Shown here one piece after another: positions 55,068-64,000 of a stretch of 64,000 bases of DNA. This stretch comes from Acidobacteriota bacterium (lineage in GTDB: Bacteria > Acidobacteriota > JAAYUB01), in contig JAAYUB010000026.1 of the NCBI GenBank assembly GCA_012517875.1, positions 1,134 to 65,133 on the forward strand. Direction: 5' to 3'. Within the stretch, counting starts at the first letter, position 1; every line of letters begins with the position of its first letter. The translations under genes and the position numbers were made by a program. Under the pieces are notes generated by a model. That model was not told the DNA's origin. It worked only from the letters and a program-made list of their open reading frames with translations, and did no database searches.

Positions 55068-56987
55068 TTAACCCAGAATCCGGTCCAACAGCGGCTGGTT
55101 CACCTGGATGAGTTTGTCATCCTGATACCGTTTGACCAGGGAATTGAGCAGCGCGTCCGTGAGCTGGCGGCGTTTTTCGCCCAGCAGTTTTTCGACCAGC
55201 GCTTTCCGCTCCGCGGCGAGCCTTGACAGATCGGGTTTCACCCGCTCCGTGACCTGGAAAACCACCTGGTTGTCGCGCACCGACACCGGCCCACCCACAC
55301 CGTTCGGCTCGATGCGGAGGGCTTCCAGCGCCAGTGCCGGCGACGCTCCCAGCTGGTTCGAGATGGACCCGCTGACATTGAACAGCTCCGATGTCTCAAC
55401 GGTAAGCTTGTATTTGGCGGCGGTCTTGTCCAGATCGCCCGAAGCCTTGAGCTCGGCCAGGAACACGCGTGCATCCGCGGCAGCCAGTTCCCGGGCCTTG
55501 GCGGTCCGGTAATCGCGGTCCACTTGCACCTTCACCTTGTCAAACGCCTGGACGTGCGGCGGAATGATCTTGACGAGCTGCGGGATCACGAAACCCCGGC
55601 TGGTTTGCTGGAGATCGCCCACCTCGTTGAGCGTCAACGCGAGAAGCGTGTCGATCTTGTCGGGCGGCAGGCCGAGCGAATAATCGGGTTGGGTTTTGTT
55701 GAACGGATTGGACAGTTCCACGGTGCCGCCGAACTCCTTGGCAACCGCCTCGAGATTCTTGCTCTCACGGGCTTTCTGCAGCGCCTGTCGGGCAGAGCCT
55801 TCCAGTTGCTGTTCGGCCCTGACGCGGCTCAGATTACGCGCGATGACCGAGCGGTAAAAATCGAAATCGCGCCGGTCGGTGCATTGGATAATGTGGAATC
55901 CGAACTGGGACTTGATCACTTCGGAGATTTGCCCCTTGCTCAGCGCGAAGGTCGCATCTTCGAACTCCTTGACCATGCGGTTGCGAGGGAAGAAGCTCAG
56001 ATCGCCGCCGCGTTTCGCCGATCCCTCGTCTTCGGAGTATTGCTCTGCCAGCTTGGCGAAATCGGCCCCGGGGCGCAGGGCCAGCTCGCGGACGGTGGCG
56101 GCCTTCTGCCGCAGCAGTTCCACTTCGGCCGGAGTGGCGTTCTCCGGCACCTTGATCAGGATGTGCGAGGCCCGCACCATCTCCTGGTAGCGCTCCGCGC
56201 GGTTGGCCTCGTAATCGGCACGAATCTCCGCGTCGGTGACCGACGCCGCCAGCGCCGCAGCCAGTTTGTTGGTGTCCAGGATCAGTAGCTTGAATTGGCG
56301 CGTTTCGTCGATTTTGTAATTGTTCTTATTTGACTCGTAGTACTTTCGGGCGTCCGCTTCGTTATACACGACCTTGGGGGTATAGGCATACTCGCCCCAC
56401 GTGACGTAGCGGATCTTCGCTTTGTCGTTTTCCTCCACAAACTTGGCCTGGATCTCCTGTTCGGAGAGCGCCGCGGAGCTGGCCAGGAAGTCCTGCAGTT
56501 TCTGGCTGAGCAGGTTCCGCCGGACGTTGGCTTCGTACTCCTCCGGCGAGATGCCCAGCCGCTTCAGGTTGGATTTGTATTCCTCGGTGCCGATGAAATT
56601 GCCGTCGATGTTGAACCCCGGGCTGTTAACGATGGTGTTCATCACCTCTTCGTCCGACACGGTGAAGCCGTTCCGGGCCGCTTCCTGCGACAGCACCACC
56701 GTGCGGATCATCTGGCCCAGCACCATGTTGCCATACTGCCGGATCGCGTTTTCGTCGCGCCGGGCATCTGGTCCCATCATGTTGAGGACCGTCAGCAGGT
56801 TGGAGCGGTAGGCGTTGACGGAAATCTCGTGGTCGCCGACTTTGGCAATATAATTACCCATCTCCACCTCGCCGCCTCCGGACGGCGTGGTGACGAACAT
56901 GAGCACCATGCCGGCGCCCAGTGCGATGATGACCAGCCAGAGGACCCATTTCAGTTTCGCTTTCTTGTCCCGGATGAAATTTAACAT
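55068..56987 (-). CDS. ppiD: Periplasmic chaperone / parvulin-type peptidyl-prolyl isomerase PpiD-like
   Basis: N-terminal TM anchor, SurA-N-like domain, parvulin PPIC domain (ASHILIKV...GGDLSFF...GFHIIQ). 639 aa. Confidence 0.8.
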   Translation of the reverse strand: MLNFIRDKKAKLKWVLWLVIIALGAGMVLMFVTTPSGGGEVEMGNYIAKVGDHEISVNAYRSNLLTVLNMMGPDARRDENAIRQYGNMVLGQMIRTVVLSQEAARNGFTVSDEEVMNTIVNSPGFNIDGNFIGTEEYKSNLKRLGISPEEYEANVRRNLLSQKLQDFLASSAALSEQEIQAKFVEENDKAKIRYVTWGEYAYTPKVVYNEADARKYYESNKNNYKIDETRQFKLLILDTNKLAAALAASVTDAEIRADYEANRAERYQEMVRASHILIKVPENATPAEVELLRQKAATVRELALRPGADFAKLAEQYSEDEGSAKRGGDLSFFPRNRMVKEFEDATFALSKGQISEVIKSQFGFHIIQCTDRRDFDFYRSVIARNLSRVRAEQQLEGSARQALQKARESKNLEAVAKEFGGTVELSNPFNKTQPDYSLGLPPDKIDTLLALTLNEVGDLQQTSRGFVIPQLVKIIPPHVQAFDKVKVQVDRDYRTAKARELAAADARVFLAELKASGDLDKTAAKYKLTVETSELFNVSGSISNQLGASPALALEALRIEPNGVGGPVSVRDNQVVFQVTERVKPDLSRLAAERKALVEKLLGEKRRQLTDALLNSLVKRYQDDKLIQVNQPLLDRILG

Positions 56988-57202
56988 GCCTGCCTCCAAC
57001 CAATGGCCAGAAATCCAAGTCCCGAAAAGACGGCATTATAACAAAACAGGCGCCGGATTCAACGAGGTTTTTTGCAGGGAAATACTGTCCGGGCTATGCT
57101 ATATTCATCGGCATGATCAGGGAATTCCGTCGCTGGACCCCCTTACGTTCAGCCGCACCGATACCTGGCCGCCACAACGCCCGAAACCGCCCTGCTGCCG
57201 GG

Positions 57203-57937
57203 ATGGCGACAGCATGCTGCGGCCTGTACTGGCTCCTGGTGGTCAGTGCGGCCGGGTCTGCCCCGGCACCGGTTGAACCCGGCCCGCCCCCGGACGCCGT
57301 CGTCATCAGCGCCCGGAAGCTGATGCCTCCGGCGCTGCGGGACATCATGGAACGCCGGCAGCATGTGCTGCTGGCCGCCTTCCGGAGCACCGCGCCGGCC
57401 GCCGACTTGCCCGGCGCCCGGGCCGAGCTTGTGAACGAGCTGACCGCGATGGACCGCCGCCTAGCCGGCACGCCCCTGTTCGACGAGGTGGTCGCGGGTT
57501 TCGGCGCCATCGCCCGGCGCGTCTGCGACCACAACACAATGGGGAAGTTTGCCGAATCCGCCGAGGAACACGCATATTTCACCGATTTCCATAATTTTGT
57601 TGATTGCAAGCATCATCGCTTCGTCGCGGTGTTCAACGATTACTCGCCCCTGCTGTTTGTGGACGACCGGTCGGATCTCTATCTGGAGGCGATGGCACAA
57701 CGCAATCGGAACTATGCCCACCGGATCGCGGCACTGTACCGCGAAGGCGGCAGCTCCCGGACGTTCGATGACCGTTCTCCCGCGTTCGGACTGGCTTCCT
57801 TGCACTTTTCCCACACCATCACCGATATCGCCAACCTGTGGCTCTACTGCTGGCGCCGGGCCAACGGCGACTTGACCGGTACGCCGTTCTACTCATACTC
57901 AAAAAAAGTTCCGCAGGGCGAAAGGAGCTCGCCGTGA
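57203..57937 (+). CDS. Secreted hypothetical protein
   Basis: Start MATACCGLYWLLVVSAAGSAPAP is a signal peptide. Stop overlaps the purH GTG start. Confidence 0.45.
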   Translation: MATACCGLYWLLVVSAAGSAPAPVEPGPPPDAVVISARKLMPPALRDIMERRQHVLLAAFRSTAPAADLPGARAELVNELTAMDRRLAGTPLFDEVVAGFGAIARRVCDHNTMGKFAESAEEHAYFTDFHNFVDCKHHRFVAVFNDYSPLLFVDDRSDLYLEAMAQRNRNYAHRIAALYREGGSSRTFDDRSPAFGLASLHFSHTITDIANLWLYCWRRANGDLTGTPFYSYSKKVPQGERSSP

Positions 57938-59505
57938 TCCGTGTCCGGACCGCCTTCCTCAGCGTCCACGACAAGCGCGGCCTCCCGGAACTGGCCGCCG
58001 CTCTGGTGCGCCATGGGGCCGCCATCATCTCCACCGGCGGCACCGCCCGCCTGCTCCGAGGATGTGGCCTAAATGTGCGCGAGGTGTCTGATGTGACCGG
58101 GTTCCCCGAGCTGCTGGACGGACGGGTGAAAACCCTCCATCCGGCAGTGCACGCAGGAATTCTGGCCCGCCGCAATCGCCCGACCGACATGGACAGCCTC
58201 GACGAGCGCGGCATTGAGCCGATTGACCTGGTGGCCGTGAATTTGTACCCGTTTGCGGAGCGGATCGCCTGTGGCATCACCGTGCCAGAAGCGCTGGAAG
58301 AGATCGACATCGGCGGCGTCACCCTCATCCGGGCGGCTGCCAAGAATTATCCCGACGTGGCCGTGGTGGTGGACCCGGATGATTATCTCCGGGTGATCCG
58401 GGAGTTGGATGAGACGGGCGGCCTCGCCCTGGATTCCCGTCTGGCGCTGGCTCGGAAGGCGTTTGAGACCACGGCCGTGTACGACGCAGGCATCTGCCAA
58501 TATCTGAATACCGCTGTCATCACGGACGGCACGGTACAACAGGCGGCACCTGCCGCCGGGCTGCCCGAGCTCATCTGCCACGTGCTGCGTCGGCAGCGCC
58601 CCCTGCGCTATGGTGAGAATCCCCACCAGAGCGCGGCTGTTTACGGAGTCAGCGGGCGACCGCTGGACGGCTGGCTGGCCGCGGAGCAGTTGCACGGCAA
58701 AGAACTCTCCTACAACAATTATCAGGACATGGACGCCGCCTGGCAGTTGGTGGTGGAATTCGAGACGTGCGCCTGCGCCATCATCAAGCATGCCAATCCG
58801 TGCGGCGTCGCGTTGGGCGATTCCGGCGCCCAGGCGTTCCGTCGGGCGTTTGAGACCGATCCCGACTCGGCCTATGGCTCCATCATCGCTTTCAACCGCC
58901 TCGTGGACGGGCCGACCGCCCGGGAGATCGGCAAGCTGTTCGTCGAGGTGATCATCGCACCCGATTTCGATCCTGAGGCGCTCGGCGTCTTCAGCCGCAA
59001 GAAGGACCTGCGGCTGATCCGCAAGCCGGCGCCCCGGCCCGGCCCGCCCGCTCTGCAATTCCGCAGCATTGAAGGTGCGGTCCTGGTCCAGGAGGCCGAC
59101 ACCGGTGCGCTCCGGCGTGAAGACCTCCGTGTCGTGACCGCCCGCGAGCCGGCCGAGGCGTTGTGGACGGATTTGCTCTTCGCCTGGTACTGCGTGAAGC
59201 ACGTCAAATCCAACGGCATTGTTGTCGCCCGGGAGTGCCGACTGTTGGGCTCTGGCGCCGGCCAGACCAGCCGGGTGGATTCCACCCGGATCGCCATTTC
59301 CAAATCGCGTCAGCCTCTGGCCGGGGCGGTACTGGCATCGGACGCCTTCATCCCGTTCCGTGACACTCTGGATCTTGCCGCCGATGCGGGCATCGCCGCG
59401 GTGATTCAACCCGGCGGCTCCATCCGGGACGAAGAGGTCATCGCCGCGGCCGATGTCCGCGGGTTGGCCATGGTGTTCACCGGCCGGCGGCACTTCCGGC
59501 ACTGA
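57934..59505 (+). CDS. purH: Bifunctional AICAR formyltransferase / IMP cyclohydrolase
   Basis: GTG start with AAGGAG RBS. ALLSVSDKRGL-like N-terminus ([11 protein letters not shown]), SGGTA and VKTLHP. C-terminal AICARFT domain. Confidence 0.9.
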   Translation: MIRVRTAFLSVHDKRGLPELAAALVRHGAAIISTGGTARLLRGCGLNVREVSDVTGFPELLDGRVKTLHPAVHAGILARRNRPTDMDSLDERGIEPIDLVAVNLYPFAERIACGITVPEALEEIDIGGVTLIRAAAKNYPDVAVVVDPDDYLRVIRELDETGGLALDSRLALARKAFETTAVYDAGICQYLNTAVITDGTVQQAAPAAGLPELICHVLRRQRPLRYGENPHQSAAVYGVSGRPLDGWLAAEQLHGKELSYNNYQDMDAAWQLVVEFETCACAIIKHANPCGVALGDSGAQAFRRAFETDPDSAYGSIIAFNRLVDGPTAREIGKLFVEVIIAPDFDPEALGVFSRKKDLRLIRKPAPRPGPPALQFRSIEGAVLVQEADTGALRREDLRVVTAREPAEALWTDLLFAWYCVKHVKSNGIVVARECRLLGSGAGQTSRVDSTRIAISKSRQPLAGAVLASDAFIPFRDTLDLAADAGIAAVIQPGGSIRDEEVIAAADVRGLAMVFTGRRHFRH

Positions 59506-59589
59506 CCCGGCGGCAACCCGCCGTACCCGTGGTCCGTATACCACCCGTTGCCGCCGTGATTCACTGTCGATTCAGCGGAGGAAACTATC

Positions 59590-60522
59590 ATGATCAAGGC
59601 CGCGGTGATCGGTGTCGGATCCCTGGGGCAGCACCACGCCCGCATTCTGACCTCCACCGCCGATGTGCGCCTGGTGGGTGTCGCCGACATCAATCCCGAC
59701 CAAGGTCGAGCCGTGGCGGAACGCTATGGGACCCGATTTTTTGAGGACTATCGGGAACTTGTCTCGCTGACTGACTGCGTCACCGTCGCCGCCCCCACCA
59801 CCGACCACCACCGGATCTGCGTGCCGTTTCTCGACGCCGGCCGACACGTGCTGGTGGAAAAACCCATCGCCGCCGATCCCGCCGACGCACGGGACCTCAT
59901 CCGGCGAGCCGCCCACGCCGGAGTGGTGCTGCAGGTCGGCCACCTGGAGCGGTTCAATCCGGCCTTCCTCGCCGTCCGCGGCTTGGCCCGGGATCCGCGG
60001 TTTTTCGAGGCCCATCGGCTGGGTGTGTTCGTCCCCCGCTGCCTCGATGTGGACGTTGTCTTGGACCTGATGATTCATGATCTGGACCTCGTGCTGCACC
60101 TGGTCCAGTCGGAAATCCGGGACATCCGGGCCTCCGGTGCGCCGGTCCTGACCGGCAAGATCGATATCGCCAGCGCCCGCATCGAGTTCGCCAACGGCGC
60201 GGTGGCCAATCTGACCGCCAGCCGGATCTCAGCGGAAAAACTCCGCAAGTTCCGCTGGTTCCAGGAGGGCCAATACTTCAGCGTTGACCTCGGCCGCCAG
60301 GCCGTCGTGTCGCGCCGGGTGCAGCCCGCCGACAATCCCGTGGGTCGGGAGATGGTGGCCCAGGAGATCTCTGTTCAGGCCGGTGAACCGCTTCGTCTCG
60401 AGCTGGTGTCTTTCATCCGAGCGGTTCGGGGAGAAGCCCCCAACGGCTGCCGCGGCGAGGAAGGGCTGGCCGCGCTAGATGCCGCGCACGCGGTCCTGGC
60501 TCGAATTGCCGCCGGTCGCTAG
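59590..60522 (+). CDS. Gfo/Idh/MocA-family NAD(P)-dependent oxidoreductase
   Basis: [16 protein letters not shown] Rossmann motif and EKP motif (VLVEKPIA). Confidence 0.85.
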   Translation: MIKAAVIGVGSLGQHHARILTSTADVRLVGVADINPDQGRAVAERYGTRFFEDYRELVSLTDCVTVAAPTTDHHRICVPFLDAGRHVLVEKPIAADPADARDLIRRAAHAGVVLQVGHLERFNPAFLAVRGLARDPRFFEAHRLGVFVPRCLDVDVVLDLMIHDLDLVLHLVQSEIRDIRASGAPVLTGKIDIASARIEFANGAVANLTASRISAEKLRKFRWFQEGQYFSVDLGRQAVVSRRVQPADNPVGREMVAQEISVQAGEPLRLELVSFIRAVRGEAPNGCRGEEGLAALDAAHAVLARIAAGR

Positions 60523-60546
60523 CCATCGACTGAGGAGAAACGTGCG

Positions 60547-63258
60547 GTGCGGTACGGGTTTTGGACAATCTGTCTGGCTGCTGCACTGACCGTGGCCGCC
60601 GCTGCCCAGGGAGTCGGAGATCCGCCGCCGGCACCCGAGGGAATCACCACCCACACGCTCGGCAACGGACTGCGACTCATCTACCAACCCCGCTACGAGC
60701 TGGAATTCACCTACGTCTCGGTCTATCTGCCCCTGCCAGCCGGTTGGCTGTCCCGCGGCCGGCAATGCGCGTCTTGGTTGGAAGCGCTGTATCTGGATAC
60801 CGGTCGGCCCGATGAGGACACGCCACGCGAGGCCCTGGCCACGTTGGATGCCGTGCCGTCCGTCCGGTACGACGGCCGCCATGTGGTTTTCGATCTGGTC
60901 TGCCGGCCCGAGGGACTGCCTCGCGCCTTGTCAACGCTGATGGACACCCTGTTCACCGACCGGGTCCAAGACCCGTTTTGGGCCCAGGCAGCCGCCCGGA
61001 TCCGCCTCCGGGCGGTCCGCGCCCGGACGTTGGGGTGGGAGGCCGTCCGGGATGATCTGACCACCGAAGTGCTGGCCGGCGGCCGGATGGAGCGCGTCCA
61101 ATCCCTCCTGGACGCAACCGCGCCGGATCCGCTGGCCCTCGCCGCGCTGCGGGCGCACCTGGCGGATCCGGGTCAAATCCGCATTGTGGTCACCGGTCGG
61201 GGCGATGCCGCCGAAGCCGCCAACCTGCTGGCTCAACGCGCCAGCGGCTGGCCCAGCCCGCCGGCGGATCCGATCGCCGCGTCCACAGCCGCTGGCGCAC
61301 CGCTCGCCTTTGCCCAATGGGACATCCCGGTGGATCCTCCGCGGGTGGTGGTGTGCTACCAAGGTCCCGGCTGGAACTCGGCCCGCCTGGGCGCGTTTCT
61401 GTTGTCCGCAAGCCTGCTGGCCGACGGATTCACCTCGGTGGCCGGCCGGCAATACCGTCAGGGATCAGCTTGGGTCCCGGTGCTGGTGTGGAGCGGATTC
61501 CGTGTGGGTCGGGACCGCTCGGTCTTCACGGTGGAACTGCAGTGCCCGACCGAATCGTTCGATGCCGTGGAAGGCGGATTCTTTGCTGCGGCTGAGCTGG
61601 TAGCCTCCGGCCGCTGGCTGGACGTAGACCAGGAGCGGGCACGACACCAGGCCTTCACCCACCTGGGTGCCGCCATCGCCGAGGTGCCTGTCTTTCACGA
61701 GGTCATCCTGGAGCGTGGCCAGCCGATTCGATCCGACTGGTACACCGATTGGCGACGTCGCTTGGCTGCGCCCAACCGCCGCGAAATCGCCGACGCCGCC
61801 AAGTCTCATCTGACTCTGAATCATGCGCTGGTGCTGGAACTGCCTGGCGGCGGCGGTCGTCAAATAATGACTCCGGCCGCCTTTCGCCAGGTTCTGTCAA
61901 CCGTCTTGCCGAACAGGGTCGATGCCGCGGCGCGAGCGCTCAAAGACACCCCGGATATCCCGCTGGCTGTCCCGGAGTTCGATCCCGAACCGGAGTTTAA
62001 CGCTGAAAAGATGGACCGGATCGTCACCTCCGGCATCCTGCGGGGACCATCGGCCTACCTTAAGGAGTTTCACCGTTTTCCGCTGGTCTGGGTGCGCGCC
62101 GGCTATCCCGGCGGCGTCCACACAGAACCGGCAGACAAGCCCGGTTTGAACCGGCTGGCCCTCTGGTCGCGCTTCCTGGCCTGCCGCGACAACCAAGATC
62201 GGCTCCTTTTGGAGCGGCTGGAGATGCTGGGCGCCCGCATCGGAATCGAAGCCGGACCCGAGCTGACCTTCGTCACCCTCGTCTGCCCGGCCTACTTCCG
62301 CCAACCTGCGCTCAGCGTGTTCTTCCGCATCCTGCATCGCCACAGCCCGTCGGACACCGATCTGACCCGTGCCGCCGCCTTGGCGCCGCTCTTCGTCGAC
62401 CACCCCGACCGGATTCCTGCACAGGCGGTGCTGGCGGCTGCGCTCCGCGCGCTCTACGGCCCCGACAGCCCGTACGCCCGCTGGTCCGCCGGGACCGCTG
62501 CTGCAATAGACGGCCCCGCCCTGCGCGCGCATTATGACGCCTGCTTCTACCGCAATCCGCCTGTGATGGCGATGGTCGGTCGTTTTGCCGGTACCGAGCT
62601 GCTGTCGCCCATCACGGACCTGATCTCCACCTCGGAATTCGTCCCGTTCCGACCACCGGCCCAGGCCAGCGCGTTCGCGCTCGGTAAAATTCCGGACCAG
62701 CCATCGACCTCCTGCGCCGTGGTCAGCCTCCTGCTACCTGGCCCCTACGGGGGTGAGCGGGATATTCTTCGTTTGGAACTGCTGCGTCAACTGTACCTGA
62801 AGCGTTCCACCGGCGGTCCGCCGGTGGCCGTGGAGATGGAAAGCCAGCCTTTGTCCGGTCGTGGCTACATCCATCTCCAATTCGTCGCAGAATCGTCAGG
62901 CGGTTGGCAGCGGCAACTGGCCGCCTTGCGGGAGTGGTTGAACAGCCTGCCGGAACGTCCCCTCAATCTTTGGCAGCTGGCTTCCGCCATTAAACTGGCG
63001 GAGCTCGGCGAGAGCATCCGGCTGGCTTCGCCTGAGGCCTTGACCCGTTGGCTGGTGTTGAACGGGCTGTGGGAAACTCGCCTCTGGGACGGGGCAGAAA
63101 TCGAGTCCGCCTTGCGGATCGGCCGCCGGGAGCAGGTCCGTGAGCTGGTCAGCCGCTTTTGGCTCAGTCCACATTACGCCGTCGCCGCCCGATCCCTCGA
63201 TCCGCCGGCATCCGACCCTGTGATTGCGCCTGGCGTCCCGCCGCCTGGCGAGCGTTGA
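60547..63258 (+). CDS. Large secreted M16-like (insulinase-fold) protein, probably non-catalytic
   Basis: Signal peptide MRYGFWTICLAAALTVAAAAQG. N-terminal HTLGNGLRLIY resembles the M16 domain start, but no HxxEH motif was found. 903 aa. Confidence 0.45.
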   Translation: MRYGFWTICLAAALTVAAAAQGVGDPPPAPEGITTHTLGNGLRLIYQPRYELEFTYVSVYLPLPAGWLSRGRQCASWLEALYLDTGRPDEDTPREALATLDAVPSVRYDGRHVVFDLVCRPEGLPRALSTLMDTLFTDRVQDPFWAQAAARIRLRAVRARTLGWEAVRDDLTTEVLAGGRMERVQSLLDATAPDPLALAALRAHLADPGQIRIVVTGRGDAAEAANLLAQRASGWPSPPADPIAASTAAGAPLAFAQWDIPVDPPRVVVCYQGPGWNSARLGAFLLSASLLADGFTSVAGRQYRQGSAWVPVLVWSGFRVGRDRSVFTVELQCPTESFDAVEGGFFAAAELVASGRWLDVDQERARHQAFTHLGAAIAEVPVFHEVILERGQPIRSDWYTDWRRRLAAPNRREIADAAKSHLTLNHALVLELPGGGGRQIMTPAAFRQVLSTVLPNRVDAAARALKDTPDIPLAVPEFDPEPEFNAEKMDRIVTSGILRGPSAYLKEFHRFPLVWVRAGYPGGVHTEPADKPGLNRLALWSRFLACRDNQDRLLLERLEMLGARIGIEAGPELTFVTLVCPAYFRQPALSVFFRILHRHSPSDTDLTRAAALAPLFVDHPDRIPAQAVLAAALRALYGPDSPYARWSAGTAAAIDGPALRAHYDACFYRNPPVMAMVGRFAGTELLSPITDLISTSEFVPFRPPAQASAFALGKIPDQPSTSCAVVSLLLPGPYGGERDILRLELLRQLYLKRSTGGPPVAVEMESQPLSGRGYIHLQFVAESSGGWQRQLAALREWLNSLPERPLNLWQLASAIKLAELGESIRLASPEALTRWLVLNGLWETRLWDGAEIESALRIGRREQVRELVSRFWLSPHYAVAARSLDPPASDPVIAPGVPPPGER

Positions 63259-63391
63259 CCGGCGCTTTGATACGGGTGTCAGCACCGTCTCGACACACGG
63301 CTTGCGTCCGCGGATTATCGCTGGCCTTGTGCTGGCGGCACGGGACTGCGGTCAGCCTGCGCGGCTGTCGCGGCTGACCGCGTGGTGTTTC

Positions 63392-64000
63392 TCAAACCTT
63401 GCCGGCCAGCGCGCGGACCACCGGAACACACCGTTCGCACACCGTCGGAAAATCGGCGAACGCGCCCACCTGCGTGGAGTAGTTCCAGCACCGCTCGCAC
63501 TTGGCGCCAGCCGCCTTGTCCACTGTCACCTCGGGCTGGCCGTCCCCGACGCCGGGTTTTTCAACAAGATCTACGGCGGATACGATGAAGATGTAGCGCA
63601 GGTTATCGGCCATGCCATGGAGAAACGCAAAGTCTCCGGGACCGGAACAAACCGTGATGCGCGCCTCCAGGGAGTTGCCGATCCGGTTCTCCTGGCGCGC
63701 CGCCTCCAACGCTTTGCTGACCAGTTCGCGGATCGCCAGCAGCCGGTCCCATTTCGCCAGCAAGCCTTCATCCAGCCACATGGCCTGCGGAGTTGGAAAA
63801 TCCGCCAGGTGCACAGACTCCGGCAGATCCGTTACGGGCCGCAGGTGTTGCCATACTTCTTCGGTAGTGAAAGGGATTAGCGGCGCCAGCAGACGGACGA
63901 GGTGATCGAGGATCGTCCAGAGTGCGCTCTGCGCCGAACGCCGTTCCGGGGAAGCGGCCGCAGACGTATAGAGCCTGTCCTTCAGTATGTCGAAATAGAC
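63392..64000 (-). CDS. ileS: Isoleucyl-tRNA synthetase, C-terminal part (continues past the window end)
   Basis: C-terminal zinc-knuckle CERCW...CERC and anticodon-binding-region sequence. The minus-strand frame stays open to position 64000. Confidence 0.8.
   Translation of the reverse strand, partial: VYFDILKDRLYTSAAASPERRSAQSALWTILDHLVRLLAPLIPFTTEEVWQHLRPVTDLPESVHLADFPTPQAMWLDEGLLAKWDRLLAIRELVSKALEAARQENRIGNSLEARITVCSGPGDFAFLHGMADNLRYIFIVSAVDLVEKPGVGDGQPEVTVDKAAGAKCERCWNYSTQVGAFADFPTVCERCVPVVRALAGKV

Noticed and set aside
1-64000. CRISPR arrays, IS elements, integrases, rRNA and tRNA genes
   Set aside because: No regularly spaced direct repeats and no transposase, integrase or rRNA-like sequence in any frame. 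The only unusual composition is the 36.3-37.2 kb lower-GC stretch, which lacks mobile-element genes.

Overview
This is a high-GC (about 68-70%), gene-dense bacterial chromosomal segment. Composition and gene content (TMTC-like glycosyltransferase, many M14/M16 peptidases, DUF4097, MoxR/DUF58) suggest an Acidobacteriota-like soil bacterium, but that is inference only. I can support about 50 protein-coding genes and saw no rRNA, tRNA, CRISPR array or obvious mobile element.

Confident housekeeping calls are guaA, ffh, purH, tsaC, truD, rsmE, ppiD, a 6-phosphofructokinase, an adenosine deaminase-family protein, and the C-terminal end of ileS at the 3' edge. One operon-like block encodes a MocR/GntR regulator, a paralogous aminotransferase, a PhzF isomerase, threonine aldolase and a SugE efflux protein, with repeated CCAATTGG-type palindromes and a sigma70-like promoter just upstream. 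Another gene pair encodes a NifX/NifB-type cofactor-binding domain protein translationally coupled to a DUF134 regulator, whose start codon sits inside a perfect 28-bp AT-rich palindrome.

The most unusual stretch is a cobalamin-binding radical SAM enzyme followed 169 bp downstream by a strongly ribosome-binding-site-preceded 91-aa acidic protein made of five degenerate 13-residue tandem repeats, with an M29 aminopeptidase next downstream. A MoxR/DUF58 pair lies immediately upstream, and a divergent M16 peptidase pair plus a DUF4097 protein lie beyond that. I read this as a candidate peptide-modification (RiPP-like) system, but cannot confirm it from sequence alone.

A second candidate system is a four-gene minus-strand operon: two large secreted M14 carboxypeptidases, an ATP-grasp ligase and a GNAT acetyltransferase.

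Three neighbouring loci look disrupted. A GAF-PP2C phosphatase has an in-frame TAA inside its GAF domain. A TPR protein and a duplicated-domain hypothetical protein each carry a frameshift. An 880-bp lower-GC stretch shows no clear gene.

Coordinates come from the supplied ORF track with start codons refined by reading the sequence. Boundaries of hand-located motifs may be off by 1-2 nt.
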